Source of the DNA: an uncultured Chloroflexia bacterium
GTDB taxonomy: Bacteria > Chloroflexota > Limnocylindria > Limnocylindrales > CSP1-4
NCBI GenBank assembly: GCA_963746845.1
Contig: CAVVCZ010000004.1
Span: 960,001-1,024,000 of the forward strand
Reading direction: 5' to 3'
DNA length: 64,000 bases
Shown here: positions 20,046 to 30,153 of the stretch, one piece after another
Layout of the letters: the number at the start of each line of letters is the position of its first letter
How positions within the stretch are numbered: position 1 is the first letter of the stretch
Translations under genes and position numbers: made by a program
Notes under the pieces: model-generated
Seen by the model: only the letters and a program-made list of their open reading frames with translations
Database searches by the model: none
Told to the model about the DNA's origin: nothing

Positions 20046-20884
20046 CGCCGGTCGGCTCCCACCTCGCGAAGGAACCCGTCGACCAGGGCCGCGAACTCGT
20101 CGGGCCGCTCGAGCGTGAGCATGTGCGCGACGTCGGGCCATCCGACGAGGCGGACGTTCGGCGCCTCCGCGGCCAGCCGCTCCGCGGTCGCGATGACGGA
20201 CGGCTGATCGCCATCGCCGACCAGGACGAGCACCGGACAGCGGAGCTCGGCGAACCGACCCGATGCGGACGGTGTCAGCTCGTGCTCCGGGGCCACCTCG
20301 TCGTCCCACTGGGGCAGCTCGAACGCCTCCCGCTGCATCCGCCCGACGAACGCCCGCACGTCCGGGTCGACGGCGTCGGCGCTCCGGTGCGGCCCATCGA
20401 CCCAGGCGCGGAGATTCACCTCGACGGCCGCATCCAGATCGCCCCGATCGAGGGCGTCGACCTCGGCCGCCCAGATCGGGCGGAGCTCGGGCGGTGCGTC
20501 GCCGAACAGAGCCCCGCCGGGCGCGGCGAGGATCAGCGACGCGACGGCGTCGGGGCGGGCCAGGGCCACCTCCACGGCGACGCCGGCGCCCATCGACGCG
20601 CCGACGACGTGCGCCCGGTCGACCAGCAGACCCTCGAGGAGCGCGAGCACATCCGTGTGATGCGACCACGGACCCGTCGGGGGCAGCGTCTCGCCGAAGC
20701 CCCGCGAATCCGGGCGGATCACCCGATGCCCTGCCGACAGCGGCGCGACGAGCGACCCCCACATCCGTCGATCGGCGACACCCGCATGCAGGAGCACGAC
20801 AGGCCCACCGGATCCCTCGTCGTCGAAGGCGATGCCACCCGCCGTCCGCCCGCCGGCGGCCGTCCGGCCGTCCGTCTCGGTCAT
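20042..20884 (-). CDS. Alpha/beta hydrolase
   Basis: Motifs VVLLHAG, DSRGFGET, GASMG nucleophile elbow and AHMLTLERP. Confidence 0.9.
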   Translation of the reverse strand: MTETDGRTAAGGRTAGGIAFDDEGSGGPVVLLHAGVADRRMWGSLVAPLSAGHRVIRPDSRGFGETLPPTGPWSHHTDVLALLEGLLVDRAHVVGASMGAGVAVEVALARPDAVASLILAAPGGALFGDAPPELRPIWAAEVDALDRGDLDAAVEVNLRAWVDGPHRSADAVDPDVRAFVGRMQREAFELPQWDDEVAPEHELTPSASGRFAELRCPVLVLVGDGDQPSVIATAERLAAEAPNVRLVGWPDVAHMLTLERPDEFAALVDGFLREVGADRR

Positions 20885-21000
20885 GCGGCCAGTCTCCGCG
20901 ATCGCGACGCCCGCTGCAGGTCGCCGGGCCGCAACTTATCCTTGCCGGACGCACCGATCCGCGAACAGGGCCACGGACCTTCCAGACGGCAGATTGCCGC

Positions 21001-21030
21001 TTGCCCGGCCGACCCCGACCTCGGTACGAT
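21001..21030 (+). promoter_or_regulatory. Putative sigma-70 promoter of the BMP ABC operon
   Basis: TTGCCC-N18-TACGAT, about 95 nt upstream of the ATG. Confidence 0.5.
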
Positions 21031-21124
21031 GCGCCGATGGTCGCCCGGGGGGGCGAACGTTCCTTCGAGACGGACCGGGCCAGGGATCGATCGGCCGGTC
21101 GTGCTCGATGATCGAGGAGGACAC

Positions 21125-22327
21125 ATGCGCACCCGCTCCTTTGGCCTGACGCTGTTCAGCGGTCTGGCCATCCTGGTCTCGGCGTGTTCGAGCGGCGCGA
21201 CGCCGTCCCCGTCGGCCTCACAGGCCCCGGCGCCGTCCGTCGCGGCACCGTCCGTCGCGGCGCCGTCCACCGCCGCGTCGCCGTCGGCGCCGGCTCCGTC
21301 GTTCGTCCAGGCGCCGAACCTGAAGATCGGCGTCGTCACGGACATCGGCACGCTGAACGACAAGAACTTCAATGAATACTCCTTCAAGGGCGCCTCGCAG
21401 GGTGCGGCCGCGATCGGCGCGGCTGTTCCCTCCTCGATCGTCCCGACGGCGGCCGCGGACTACGCGCCGTCGATCAAGTCCTTCGTCGACCAGAAGACCG
21501 ACGTGATCGTCACCGTCGGCTTCAACCTCGCCGCGGCGACGGGCGAGGCGTCGGTCGCGAACAAGACCACGACCTTCATCGGCGTCGACCAGTCGCCGAT
21601 CTGCATCAAGGCCGACGGCAAGCAGGACTTCACGTTCCCCTGCCCGACCGACTCCACGACGCTCGCTCCGAACTACACCTCGCTCGCGTTCCAGGAGGAC
21701 CAGGCCGGCTATCTCGCCGGCATCGTGGCCGCCGGGGCCAGCAAGACGGGCACGATCGGCGCGATCGGCGGGACGAGCGTGTGCGCCCCGTGCGTGCGCT
21801 ACATCCAGGGCTACGAGCTCGGCGCCAAGTCGGTCAACCCGAACATCAAGGTCGTCAGCGCCTACGTCACGAACGACTTCAGCAACGCCGCCTTCCAGGA
21901 CCAGGCCGGTGGCAAGACGTTCGCCGAGAACTACCTCGCCCAGAACAAGGACGTGGACATCCTGTTCCAGGTCGCGGGCCTGACCGGCAACGGCGTCCTC
22001 GACGCCGCCTGCGCCGCCAACATCAAGGGCATCGGCGTCGACGTCGATCAGTTCCTGTCGTACCCGAATGCCGGTCCGTGCCTCCTGACGAGCGCGACGA
22101 AGAACCTCCAGCTCGCGGTGTCCGATGCCGTGACTGCCAAGGCCGCCGGGACGCTCAAGCCGGGGACGGTGCTGTACGACGCCAAGAACGACGGGATCGG
22201 CGTCGCGCCGGGCCACGACAACGCCAGCGCCTGGGCTGCCGACACGCAGTCGAAGATCGACGCCGCACTCGCGGCGATGAAGGCCGGGACGCTCAAGACC
22301 TGCCCCGACAAGTGCGGGGCGCTGTGA
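21125..22327 (+). CDS. BMP-family ABC substrate-binding lipoprotein (nucleoside type)
   Basis: Lipobox LVSAC, APSVA repeat linker, then DKNFNE, FQEDQAGYLAG, GIGVDVDQ; GAGGAGG SD. Confidence 0.9.
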   Translation: MRTRSFGLTLFSGLAILVSACSSGATPSPSASQAPAPSVAAPSVAAPSTAASPSAPAPSFVQAPNLKIGVVTDIGTLNDKNFNEYSFKGASQGAAAIGAAVPSSIVPTAAADYAPSIKSFVDQKTDVIVTVGFNLAAATGEASVANKTTTFIGVDQSPICIKADGKQDFTFPCPTDSTTLAPNYTSLAFQEDQAGYLAGIVAAGASKTGTIGAIGGTSVCAPCVRYIQGYELGAKSVNPNIKVVSAYVTNDFSNAAFQDQAGGKTFAENYLAQNKDVDILFQVAGLTGNGVLDAACAANIKGIGVDVDQFLSYPNAGPCLLTSATKNLQLAVSDAVTAKAAGTLKPGTVLYDAKNDGIGVAPGHDNASAWAADTQSKIDAALAAMKAGTLKTCPDKCGAL

Positions 22328-22363
22328 TCGCGGGCTGACCACGCCCACTCCATCGCGACCGTT

Positions 22364-22397
22364 CGCGGGCCGGCCGAGGCAACTCGGCCGGCCCGCG
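22364..22397 (+). terminator. Intra-operon hairpin downstream of the BMP gene
   Basis: 15-bp perfect stem CGCGGGCCGGCCGAG-GCAA-CTCGGCCGGCCCGCG followed by TTCTGT. Confidence 0.75.
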
Positions 22398-22467
22398 TTC
22401 TGTACCCTGTCGGAACCACTCCGGCAAGCCGCGTTCACGTCCGCCAGCTGAGGAACCAGCGATCGCC

Positions 22468-24078
22468 GTGACGAGCACCCAGGAGACCGTCCGCGAGCAA
22501 CCCGTTCACGCGCCGGCCCTCGAGATGCGCGGGATCACGAAGCGCTATCCGGGGGTCGTGGCGAACGATCACATCGACCTGGATGTCCGCCCCGGCGAGA
22601 TCCACGCCCTGCTCGGCGAGAACGGGGCCGGCAAGACGACGCTGATGAACATCCTCTACGGCCTGGCCCGGCCGGACGAGGGCGAGATCCTGATCGACGG
22701 GACGGCCGTCCGGATCGCGAGCCCGACGGACGCGATCAGCCGTGGCATCAACATGGTCCATCAGCACTTCATGCTGGTCCCCGTCCTGACCGTCGCCGAG
22801 AACATCCTCCTCGGCGAGGAGACGATGGCCAACCCGATCTTCCTCGACCGGAAGGAGGCCCGGAAGCGGATCATCGACCTCGGCCAGCGGTTCGGGTTCG
22901 ACATCGACCCCGACGTGAAGGTCGGCGAGCTGTCGGTCGGCTGGCAGCAGCGGGTCGAGATCCTCAAGGCCCTCTATCGGAACGCCCGCGTCCTCGTCCT
23001 CGACGAGCCGACCGCCGTGCTCACCCCGCAGGAGACGGACGAGATCTTCGCGGTCCTCCGTCGCCTCGCCGAGCAGGGCCACTCGATCGTCTTCATCAGC
23101 CACAAGCTGTACGAGGTCCTCGCGATCGCCGACCGGATCACCGTGATCCGGCGCGGCAAGGTCGTCGGCCAGCGGCTGCCCGCCGAGACGGACGAGGACG
23201 ATCTGGCGGCCCTGATGGTCGGACGCGACGTGCAGCTCGTCGTCGACCGTGGCGAATCGCATCCTGGCGCGGTCCGTCTCGCGGTCCAGGGGCTCCGGGT
23301 CCGTGACGATCGGGGCAGCGAGGTCGTGCGCGGCGTGGACTTCGACATCCGCGCCGGCGAGATCTTCGGCATCGCCGGCGTCGCCGGGAACGGACAGGAC
23401 GAGCTGGTCGAGGCCATCGTGGGGCTGCGCAAGCCGTCCGAGGGCACGGTCCGCCTCGACGACCGCGACGTGACGAACCTGAGCACGCGCGCGATGACGA
23501 ATCTCGGCACGGGCTATGTGCCGGCGGATCGCCACCGCTTCGGCCTCGTCCTCGGGTTCTCGGTCGCCGACAACCTCGTGCTCACCGACTACTACCACGC
23601 ACCGTACGCTCGGGGCATCATCCGCAACGACGAGGCGATCGCCGAGCGCGGGAAACGGGCGATCGTCGAGTACGACATCCGGACGCCCTCGGAAGAGGTC
23701 GGAGCGGGAACGCTGTCCGGTGGCAACCAGCAGAAGCTGGTCGTCGCCCGGGAGCTGGACGGCGACCTCCGCCTGCTCGTCCTCGACCAGCCGACCCGCG
23801 GCCTGGACGTGGGCAGCATCGAGTTCATCCACCGCCAGGCGATCAAGAAGCGGGACGCCGGCACGGCCGTCCTCCTCGTCTCCGCCGAGCTGGACGAAGT
23901 CCTCGAGCTGAGCGACCGGGTCGCGGTGATGTACCGCGGGCAGATCGTGTCCGTCGTGGACGGACGGACCGCGGATCGGAACGAGGTCGGGGTGCTGATG
24001 GCCACCGGCACGCGCCAGGAGGCGGCCGTCGCCGGCACGCCCCCGATGACGAGCAGCCCCGACGGTGCCGGCGGATGA
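22468..24078 (+). CDS. Nucleoside/sugar ABC ATP-binding protein (two NBDs)
   Basis: Motifs GENGAGKTT, VLDEPT, LSGGNQQK and DQPTRGLDVG. Confidence 0.95.
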   Translation: MTSTQETVREQPVHAPALEMRGITKRYPGVVANDHIDLDVRPGEIHALLGENGAGKTTLMNILYGLARPDEGEILIDGTAVRIASPTDAISRGINMVHQHFMLVPVLTVAENILLGEETMANPIFLDRKEARKRIIDLGQRFGFDIDPDVKVGELSVGWQQRVEILKALYRNARVLVLDEPTAVLTPQETDEIFAVLRRLAEQGHSIVFISHKLYEVLAIADRITVIRRGKVVGQRLPAETDEDDLAALMVGRDVQLVVDRGESHPGAVRLAVQGLRVRDDRGSEVVRGVDFDIRAGEIFGIAGVAGNGQDELVEAIVGLRKPSEGTVRLDDRDVTNLSTRAMTNLGTGYVPADRHRFGLVLGFSVADNLVLTDYYHAPYARGIIRNDEAIAERGKRAIVEYDIRTPSEEVGAGTLSGGNQQKLVVARELDGDLRLLVLDQPTRGLDVGSIEFIHRQAIKKRDAGTAVLLVSAELDEVLELSDRVAVMYRGQIVSVVDGRTADRNEVGVLMATGTRQEAAVAGTPPMTSSPDGAGG

Positions 24079-25254
24079 GCGCCCCGGCCGGCGGCTCCGG
24101 CGCGGCAGACAGCGGCCCCGCGAGGCCCGGGCAAGCGTCGGGCGCAGCAGATCCGGACGGCCATCGCGTTGCCGATCGTCGCCCTCCTGATGGCCGTCGT
24201 CATCGGTTCGTTGTTCGTCTACGCGGCCGCCTGGATCAAGGACGGGAAGATCGACCTCGCCCAGCCGCTGATCGCCTACCGGGCGCTCCTGGGCGGCTCC
24301 CTCTTCGGGTGGGACCCGATCGTTGCCACCCTCGTCGCGGCGACGCCGCTGATCTTCGGCGGCCTGGCCGTTGCCCTTGGCTTCAAGGCCGGCCTGTTCA
24401 ACATCGGCGTGCAGGGCCAGCTCACCATGGGCGTCCTCGCCTCGGTGGCCGTCGGCGTGGCCCTGGCCGAGCGTCCGGTCTGGATCGCGGCTCCGCTCGC
24501 ATTCGTCGCCGGCACCCTGGCCGGCGCCTCGTGGGGCTTCATCGCCGGCTGGCTGAAGGCCGTCTCGGGCGCCCATGAGGTCGTGACGACGATCATGCTC
24601 AACTACATCGCCTACAGCGTCCTGGCGGCCGCGGTCGCCGGCCCGCTCCGCGTTCCCCAGGCCCAGGCGCCGGTGACGTACGACGTGGGGAATGCCGCGT
24701 TGCCGATCGTCCTCGGCGAGACCGGCCACATCGGGATCTTCATCGCCCTGGTGATGGTCGTCGTCGTCTGGTGGATGCTGTACCGGACGACCCTCGGCTT
24801 CGAGATCCGGACGGCCGGGATCAACCCGGACGCCGCCCGTTACGCCGGGATGCGCCCGCGCCGGCTGATCATCCTGGCGATGTCGATGTCGGGCGGCCTG
24901 GCCGGGATGTCGGGGGCGAACGAGCTCCTCGGCGTCACCCACCAGACCCAGTCGAGCTTTCCCTCGTCCGTCGGGTTCGACTCGATCGCCGTCGCCCTGC
25001 TGGCACGGTCGAACCCGATCGCCGTGATCCCGGCGGCCATCCTTTTCGGGGCCATGCGCGCCGGCGCCGGCCAGATGCAGATCGAGGCGCGGACCCCGCG
25101 TGAGCTCGTCGACGTCCTCCAGGCGGTGATCCTGATCGTGCTCGTCACCCTGCCGGTCCTCGCCCGCGCGATCAACAGCCGCGGCTCGCGCTCGTTCGAT
25201 GCCGACGCAGCGACGATCACTCGTTCGTACGGCAGCGAGTCGGTGACCTCCTGA
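24075..25254 (+). CDS. Nucleoside ABC permease 1, with a probable 1-nt indel near 24116-24119
   Basis: Motifs GLFNIGVQGQ and HEVVTTIMLNY. ATG 24075 overlaps the ATPase stop but is out of frame with the body (ORF 24169..25254); deleting one C from GGCCCCG joins them. Confidence 0.88.
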
Positions 25255-26321
25255 TGGACCAGTTCCTCTACTCGATCCCGGTCATCGGGTTCGTGTTCCA
25301 GGTCGCCGGCTACCTGATCGCCGTCCTGCCGACGAGTGCGCCGATCATCCTGCGGGCGGCAACGCCGATCGCGTTCGGTGCCCTGTGCGGCGTCGTCTGC
25401 GAGCGGTCCGGGGTCGTCAACATCGGCATCGAGGGAACGATGCTCACGGCGGCCTTCACCGGCTGGGTCATCGCCATCGCCGCGAACAACCTGCTCGGGC
25501 CGTTCGCGCCGGGTCCGCTCGGGATCACGCCGGCGCTGCTGATCGGCCTCGTGGCGGCGCTGCTCTCGGCCGTCCTGGTCTCGCTCCTCCACGCGTGGAT
25601 GTCGATCAGCCTCCGGGTCGACCAGATCATCAGCGGCACGATCATCAACATCGCCGCGTTCGGGATCACCGGCTACCTGAACAACGTGATCGCCGCTGCG
25701 TCCCCGACCAGTGCCGGCCAGTTCGCGAAGATCGTGCCGCCGAAGGAGCTCACCAGCCTGCCGTTCGTCGGATGGATCTTCACGACGATCTTCAACCAGG
25801 GTCCGATCACGATCAGCCTGTTGTTCTGCGTCGTCATCCTCCAGGTCTACCTGTTCCGCTCGCGATGGGGCCTCCGGACGCGGGCGGTCGGCGAACATCC
25901 GAAAGCCGCCGAGACGGTCGGCATCGACGTCATCCGTCTGCGTTACCGGAACGTCCTGATCGGGGGGGCGTTCGCCGGGATGGCCGGGGCCTTCCTCTCC
26001 CTGGAGCTGTCGAACTCGTTCCAGGCCGGCGGCACGGCCGGCCGCGGGTTCATCGCCCTGGCGGCGATGATCGTCGGGCGATGGACGCCGATCGGGGCGT
26101 TCGGGGCGGCGCTGCTCTTCTCGCTCTTCCTGACGCTCGGCCAGACGATCACCTTCCTGCCGCCGACCGGCGACTTCGGCGCGCTCGTCAAGGCCCTACC
26201 CGCTCAGGTCTTCACCGCCCTGCCGTACATCGTGACGATCGTCGTCCTGGCCGGCCTGATCGGCCGGAGCACGCCGCCGGCGGCGGACGGCAAGCCGTAC
26301 GAACGCGAAGCCACGGCGTGA
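25254..26321 (+). CDS. Nucleoside ABC permease 2
   Basis: Motifs ERSGVVNIGIEG, RAVGEHPKAAET, GRGFIALAAMI and ALPYIVT. Confidence 0.93.
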   Translation: MDQFLYSIPVIGFVFQVAGYLIAVLPTSAPIILRAATPIAFGALCGVVCERSGVVNIGIEGTMLTAAFTGWVIAIAANNLLGPFAPGPLGITPALLIGLVAALLSAVLVSLLHAWMSISLRVDQIISGTIINIAAFGITGYLNNVIAAASPTSAGQFAKIVPPKELTSLPFVGWIFTTIFNQGPITISLLFCVVILQVYLFRSRWGLRTRAVGEHPKAAETVGIDVIRLRYRNVLIGGAFAGMAGAFLSLELSNSFQAGGTAGRGFIALAAMIVGRWTPIGAFGAALLFSLFLTLGQTITFLPPTGDFGALVKALPAQVFTALPYIVTIVVLAGLIGRSTPPAADGKPYEREATA

Positions 26322-26363
26322 GCGCGTGACCGCTTCGGGGCTCGAGGCGATCCGGGTTCGCGC

Positions 26364-26879
26364 GTGACGGACGAGTCGGCCGACCACGCGGCCCGGCGGG
26401 CGGCGGAGCGGATCCGGGCCATCGCCTATCTGGATCTCGAGGAAGGTCGCGGCCCGGTCCCGGTGCTCGACGGCGAGGCCGCCGGCGAGATGTTGCGCAG
26501 CGCCCGCCGGATCGCGGTCGTCGGGGCGTCGTCGAACGAGTCGCGGCCGTCGTTCGGCGTCTTCCGGTACCTGCTCCACCAGGGGTACGAGTGCGTCCCG
26601 GTCAACCCGGCGGCCCGGTCGATCCTCGGCGTGCCGGCGTTCCGCACGCTGCGCGAGGCCGCCGACGCGACGGGCCCGTTCGACATCGTCGATGTCTTCC
26701 GACGGTCCGAGCTGTGCGTCCCGCACGCACAGGAGGCGGTCGAGATCGGGGCGCGCTGCCTGTGGCTCCAGCTCGGCGTCGTCAACTGGGACGCCGCGCG
26801 GATCGCCCACGACGGCGGGCTCGCGGTCGTGATGGACCGGTGCACGGCGATCGAGCACCGCCGGATCCGGGGCCGGTAA
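26364..26879 (+). CDS. CoA-binding protein (YccU-like)
   Basis: Motifs IAVVGASS, VPVNP, DIVDVFRRSE, LWLQLGV and VMDRC. Confidence 0.88.
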   Translation: MTDESADHAARRAAERIRAIAYLDLEEGRGPVPVLDGEAAGEMLRSARRIAVVGASSNESRPSFGVFRYLLHQGYECVPVNPAARSILGVPAFRTLREAADATGPFDIVDVFRRSELCVPHAQEAVEIGARCLWLQLGVVNWDAARIAHDGGLAVVMDRCTAIEHRRIRGR

Positions 26880-26913
26880 GGCAAGCCCGGCCCAGCCCGC
26901 CTTCAGGCGCTCC

Positions 26914-27186
26914 CTACCGGACGAGGAACCCCAGGAAGATCAGCACGAACCCGCCGATCGCCACGAGACCCCACTGCCGGGCCCGGCGGCGATACAGGTA
27001 CATCTCCACGGACGCGGCCGTCCCGGAGTCGTCGCGGACGCCGCCGCGCCAGGCGTTGTACCGCTCGGCGTTGGCGCCCTCCTCCTTGAGCGCCTGGTAG
27101 CGCGCCCAGGGCGGCCGCGCACGGGAATACCCGACCGCCACGAGGACGCCGCCCATCAGCCAGAGAGCGATGTTGACGACGCCCAT
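26914..27186 (-). CDS. Small two-TM hypothetical membrane protein
   Basis: 90 aa with hydrophobic ends. The ATG overlaps the gatB stop (TGATG). Confidence 0.7.
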   Translation of the reverse strand: MGVVNIALWLMGGVLVAVGYSRARPPWARYQALKEEGANAERYNAWRGGVRDDSGTAASVEMYLYRRRARQWGLVAIGGFVLIFLGFLVR

Positions 27187-28667
27187 CAGCCGTCCAGGCG
27201 GGCGCGGACCGCCTCCTGGACGACGGCCGCGTTCGCCTGGCCCCGGGTGGCCTTCATCACCTGACCGACGAAGAACCCGAGGACCGGCTTGCCCGCCCGG
27301 TAATCATCGACGGCCTTCGGGTTCGCCGCGATCACGTCGTCCACGACCGGGCCGAGCGCCGACGCGTCCGAGATCTGGCGCAGGCCGCGGCCCTCGACGA
27401 TCGACGCCACCGTCGCCCCGTCGGCGGCATGCGCGGCGAAGACCTCCTTCGCGTTCGTTCCGGACAGCTCGCCACCCGCGACCCGGCCGACGAGGTCGGC
27501 CAGCTGCCCGGCGTCGACCCGGGCGGCCGAGATCGGATCCGTCCGCAGAAGCCCGAGGAACGACCCGGTCACCCAGTTCGCGAGCGCCTTCGGGTCGAGC
27601 GACGGCGCGGCGGCGCGGGCCGCCTCGAACAGCTCGCTCGCCCGCGGCTCGGCCACGATCACGGCCGCGTCATAGGCCGACAGCCCGAGGTCCCGCTCGT
27701 AGCGCGCCCGACGATCGGCGGGCAGCTCCGGGAGCGCGTCGCGGATCTGCGCCAGCCACGCCGCATCGACCCGGAGCGGCGGCAGGTCCGGCTCCGGGAA
27801 GTACCGGTAGTCGTGGCTGTCCTCCTTCGATCGCATGACGTAGGTCTCGCCCCGATCCTCGTTCCAGCCGCGCGTGTCCTGGGTCAGCGTCTCGCCGGCG
27901 TCGAGGGCCGCCGCCTGGCGTTCGATCTCGTACGCGATCGCCCGCTCGACCGAGCGGAACGAGTTCATGTTCTTGACCTCGACCCGCGTCCCGAACGGCT
28001 CCGTCCCGCGCACGCGCAGCGACACGTTCGCCTCGACCCGCATCTGGCCCCGCTCCATGTCCGCGTCGCTCGCCCCGATCGCCCGGAGCAGGGCCTGGAG
28101 CTCCTCGGCGTACCGGCGCGCCTGCTCGGCGGTCCGGACGTCCGGCTCCGTCACGATCTCCATCAGCGGCGCGCCCGACCGGTTGAAGTCGACGAGGCTG
28201 ATCCGCCGGCCTGCCGGGTCCGTCCCATGGACGAGCTTGGCGGTGTCCTCCTCGAGATGGGCGCGGGTGATGCGGATCGTGACCTCGCCGGCCGACGTGT
28301 CGAAGGTCAGCCGGCCCATCGAGGCGAGGGGCAGGTCGTACTGGCTGATCTGGTAGCCCTTCGGCAGGTCCGGATAGAAGTAGTTCTTGCGGTCCCAGCG
28401 GGTCGCGGGGGGGGTCTCCGCGGCGATCGCGACGCCGGTCGCCAGGACCAGCTCGACCGCGCGCCGGTTGATCGTCGGCAGCGTCCCCGGCAGCCCGAGG
28501 CAGACCGGGCAGACGTGCGTGTTCGGCGGCGCGTCGGCGTAGGCGTTCGAGCAGCCGCAGAACATCTTCGAGGCCGTCTTGAGCTGACAGTGGACCTCGA
28601 TCCCGATGACCGCCTCGTAGCGATCGAGGGCAGCCGTTGCGGCGGCGGGCTCGGCAGCATCGACCAT
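27186..28667 (-). CDS. gatB: Asp/Glu-tRNA amidotransferase subunit B
   Basis: Motifs IGIEVHCQL, DRKNYFYPDLPKGYQISQ, HLEEDTAK and YRYFPEPDLPP. Confidence 0.98.
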   Translation of the reverse strand: MVDAAEPAAATAALDRYEAVIGIEVHCQLKTASKMFCGCSNAYADAPPNTHVCPVCLGLPGTLPTINRRAVELVLATGVAIAAETPPATRWDRKNYFYPDLPKGYQISQYDLPLASMGRLTFDTSAGEVTIRITRAHLEEDTAKLVHGTDPAGRRISLVDFNRSGAPLMEIVTEPDVRTAEQARRYAEELQALLRAIGASDADMERGQMRVEANVSLRVRGTEPFGTRVEVKNMNSFRSVERAIAYEIERQAAALDAGETLTQDTRGWNEDRGETYVMRSKEDSHDYRYFPEPDLPPLRVDAAWLAQIRDALPELPADRRARYERDLGLSAYDAAVIVAEPRASELFEAARAAAPSLDPKALANWVTGSFLGLLRTDPISAARVDAGQLADLVGRVAGGELSGTNAKEVFAAHAADGATVASIVEGRGLRQISDASALGPVVDDVIAANPKAVDDYRAGKPVLGFFVGQVMKATRGQANAAVVQEAVRARLDG

Positions 28668-28904
28668 GGCCGAAGTTTCGCACAGGCCCTCGGCGGGACG
28701 GGTCGCGTGCCGCGGCAGCGGCAACGGCCTGGCGATGGCCTCGCGGCGGCAAGCTGACGACCGGGTGAGACTCGGATGACGGACGGGGCGGTCGACGCCC
28801 CGATCTCATCCAGTTGGGGGATGACGAGCGGCCCGCGGTTGCGAACGATTGCCGCGGTGGTTGCGAACGGCGAACGCGACATTGCGGCGGTCCGGGAAAC
28901 GATT

Positions 28905-28965
28905 GTGAGAGCGCTCTCTTGACAACGCCTGTTATGGTGCCTTCTGAGCGTGAGAGCGCTCTCAC
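28905..28965. promoter_or_regulatory. Two LacI-type operators flanking a promoter
   Basis: GTGAGAGCGCTCTCtt (28905-28920) and perfect palindrome GTGAGAGCGCTCTCAC (28950-28965). An extended -10-like TGtTATGGT lies at 28930-28938 between them. Confidence 0.85.
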
Positions 28966-28981
28966 AGGAGACGCGATCGAC

Positions 28982-30031
28982 ATGACGTTGGCCGCCCGGG
29001 TCCGCCGCAACGGGACGACACTCGAAGAGGTCGCCTCGCGCGCCGGTGTCTCGAGGGCAACCGTCTCTCGCGTCGTCAACGGCTCCCCGAAGGTCAGCCC
29101 CGACGTCCGCCGCGCGGTCGAGGCGGCCGTCACCGAGCTCGGCTACGTCCCCAATCGCGCGGCACGCAGCCTCGTCACCCGGCGGAACGGCTCCATCGGC
29201 GTCGTGATCACCGAGCCGCCGGACCGGCTGTTCAACGACCCGTTCTTCCCGCGGCTCCTGCGGGGGATCAGCGCCGCCCTCAGTGCCCGCGATCTCCAGC
29301 TCGTCCTGCTCATGCCGGAGAACCCGGCGGACACGGACCGGACCGCGGACTACATCGCCGCCGGCCACGTCGACGGGACGCTCCTCGTCAGCCTCCACGG
29401 CGAGGACCCCCTCCCCGACCGGCTGGCCCGCGCGGGCATCCCGTTCGTCGTCGGTGGACGTCCGCTCCGGACGACCGCGGCGAGCTTCGTCGACGTCGAC
29501 AACCGCGGCGGCGCCCGGAGCGCCGTCGAGCACCTCCTCACCAGCGGACGTCGGAACGTCGCGACGATCACCGGGCCCACCGACATGGGCGCCGGCGTCG
29601 ACCGCCTCGCCGGCTATCGCGAGGCCCTCGGCGACGCCGGGATCACCGTCGACCCGAGCCTCGAGGCCACGGGCGACTTCACCCAGGAGGGCGGCGCCGC
29701 CGCGATGGAGCGCCTCCTCGCCGCCCGGCCCGACATCGACGCGGTGTTCGCCGCGTCGGACCTCATGGCAGCGGGGGCGATGGCCGTCCTCGAGTCCGCC
29801 GGCCGGCGGATCCCCCAGGACGTGGCGGTCGTCGGCTACGACGACTCGCCCGTCGCATCCTCCGTCCGTCCCCGCCTGACCAGCGTCCGTCAGCCGATCG
29901 AGGAGATGGGTCACGAGATGGCCCGGCTCCTGGTCGACGCGGTCGATGGCACAGATCCCGTCCAACGGCGAGTGATCCTCGCCACGGAACTCGTTCGACG
30001 CGCTTCGAGCGCCGGGAGGCGCGTGCCCTGA
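28982..30031 (+). CDS. LacI-family transcriptional regulator
   Basis: HTH TLEEVASRAGVSRATVSRVVN, plus LGYVPNRAARSL and VVGYDD; AGGAG SD. Confidence 0.96.
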   Translation: MTLAARVRRNGTTLEEVASRAGVSRATVSRVVNGSPKVSPDVRRAVEAAVTELGYVPNRAARSLVTRRNGSIGVVITEPPDRLFNDPFFPRLLRGISAALSARDLQLVLLMPENPADTDRTADYIAAGHVDGTLLVSLHGEDPLPDRLARAGIPFVVGGRPLRTTAASFVDVDNRGGARSAVEHLLTSGRRNVATITGPTDMGAGVDRLAGYREALGDAGITVDPSLEATGDFTQEGGAAAMERLLAARPDIDAVFAASDLMAAGAMAVLESAGRRIPQDVAVVGYDDSPVASSVRPRLTSVRQPIEEMGHEMARLLVDAVDGTDPVQRRVILATELVRRASSAGRRVP

Positions 30032-30153
30032 GCCGGCCGGCGACCGGCAGCGTCGTCGCCCGGAGGCGGCGCCGCACACGCTGACGCAGAACCACAGACA
30101 GGAGTCCACCCAGCACATCGGTCGTCATCACCCCACAGGAGGAGACCAGAGCG

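Noticed and set aside
21225-21300. 15-nt tandem repeat in the BMP gene
   Set aside because: Encodes an ordinary APSVA lipoprotein linker.
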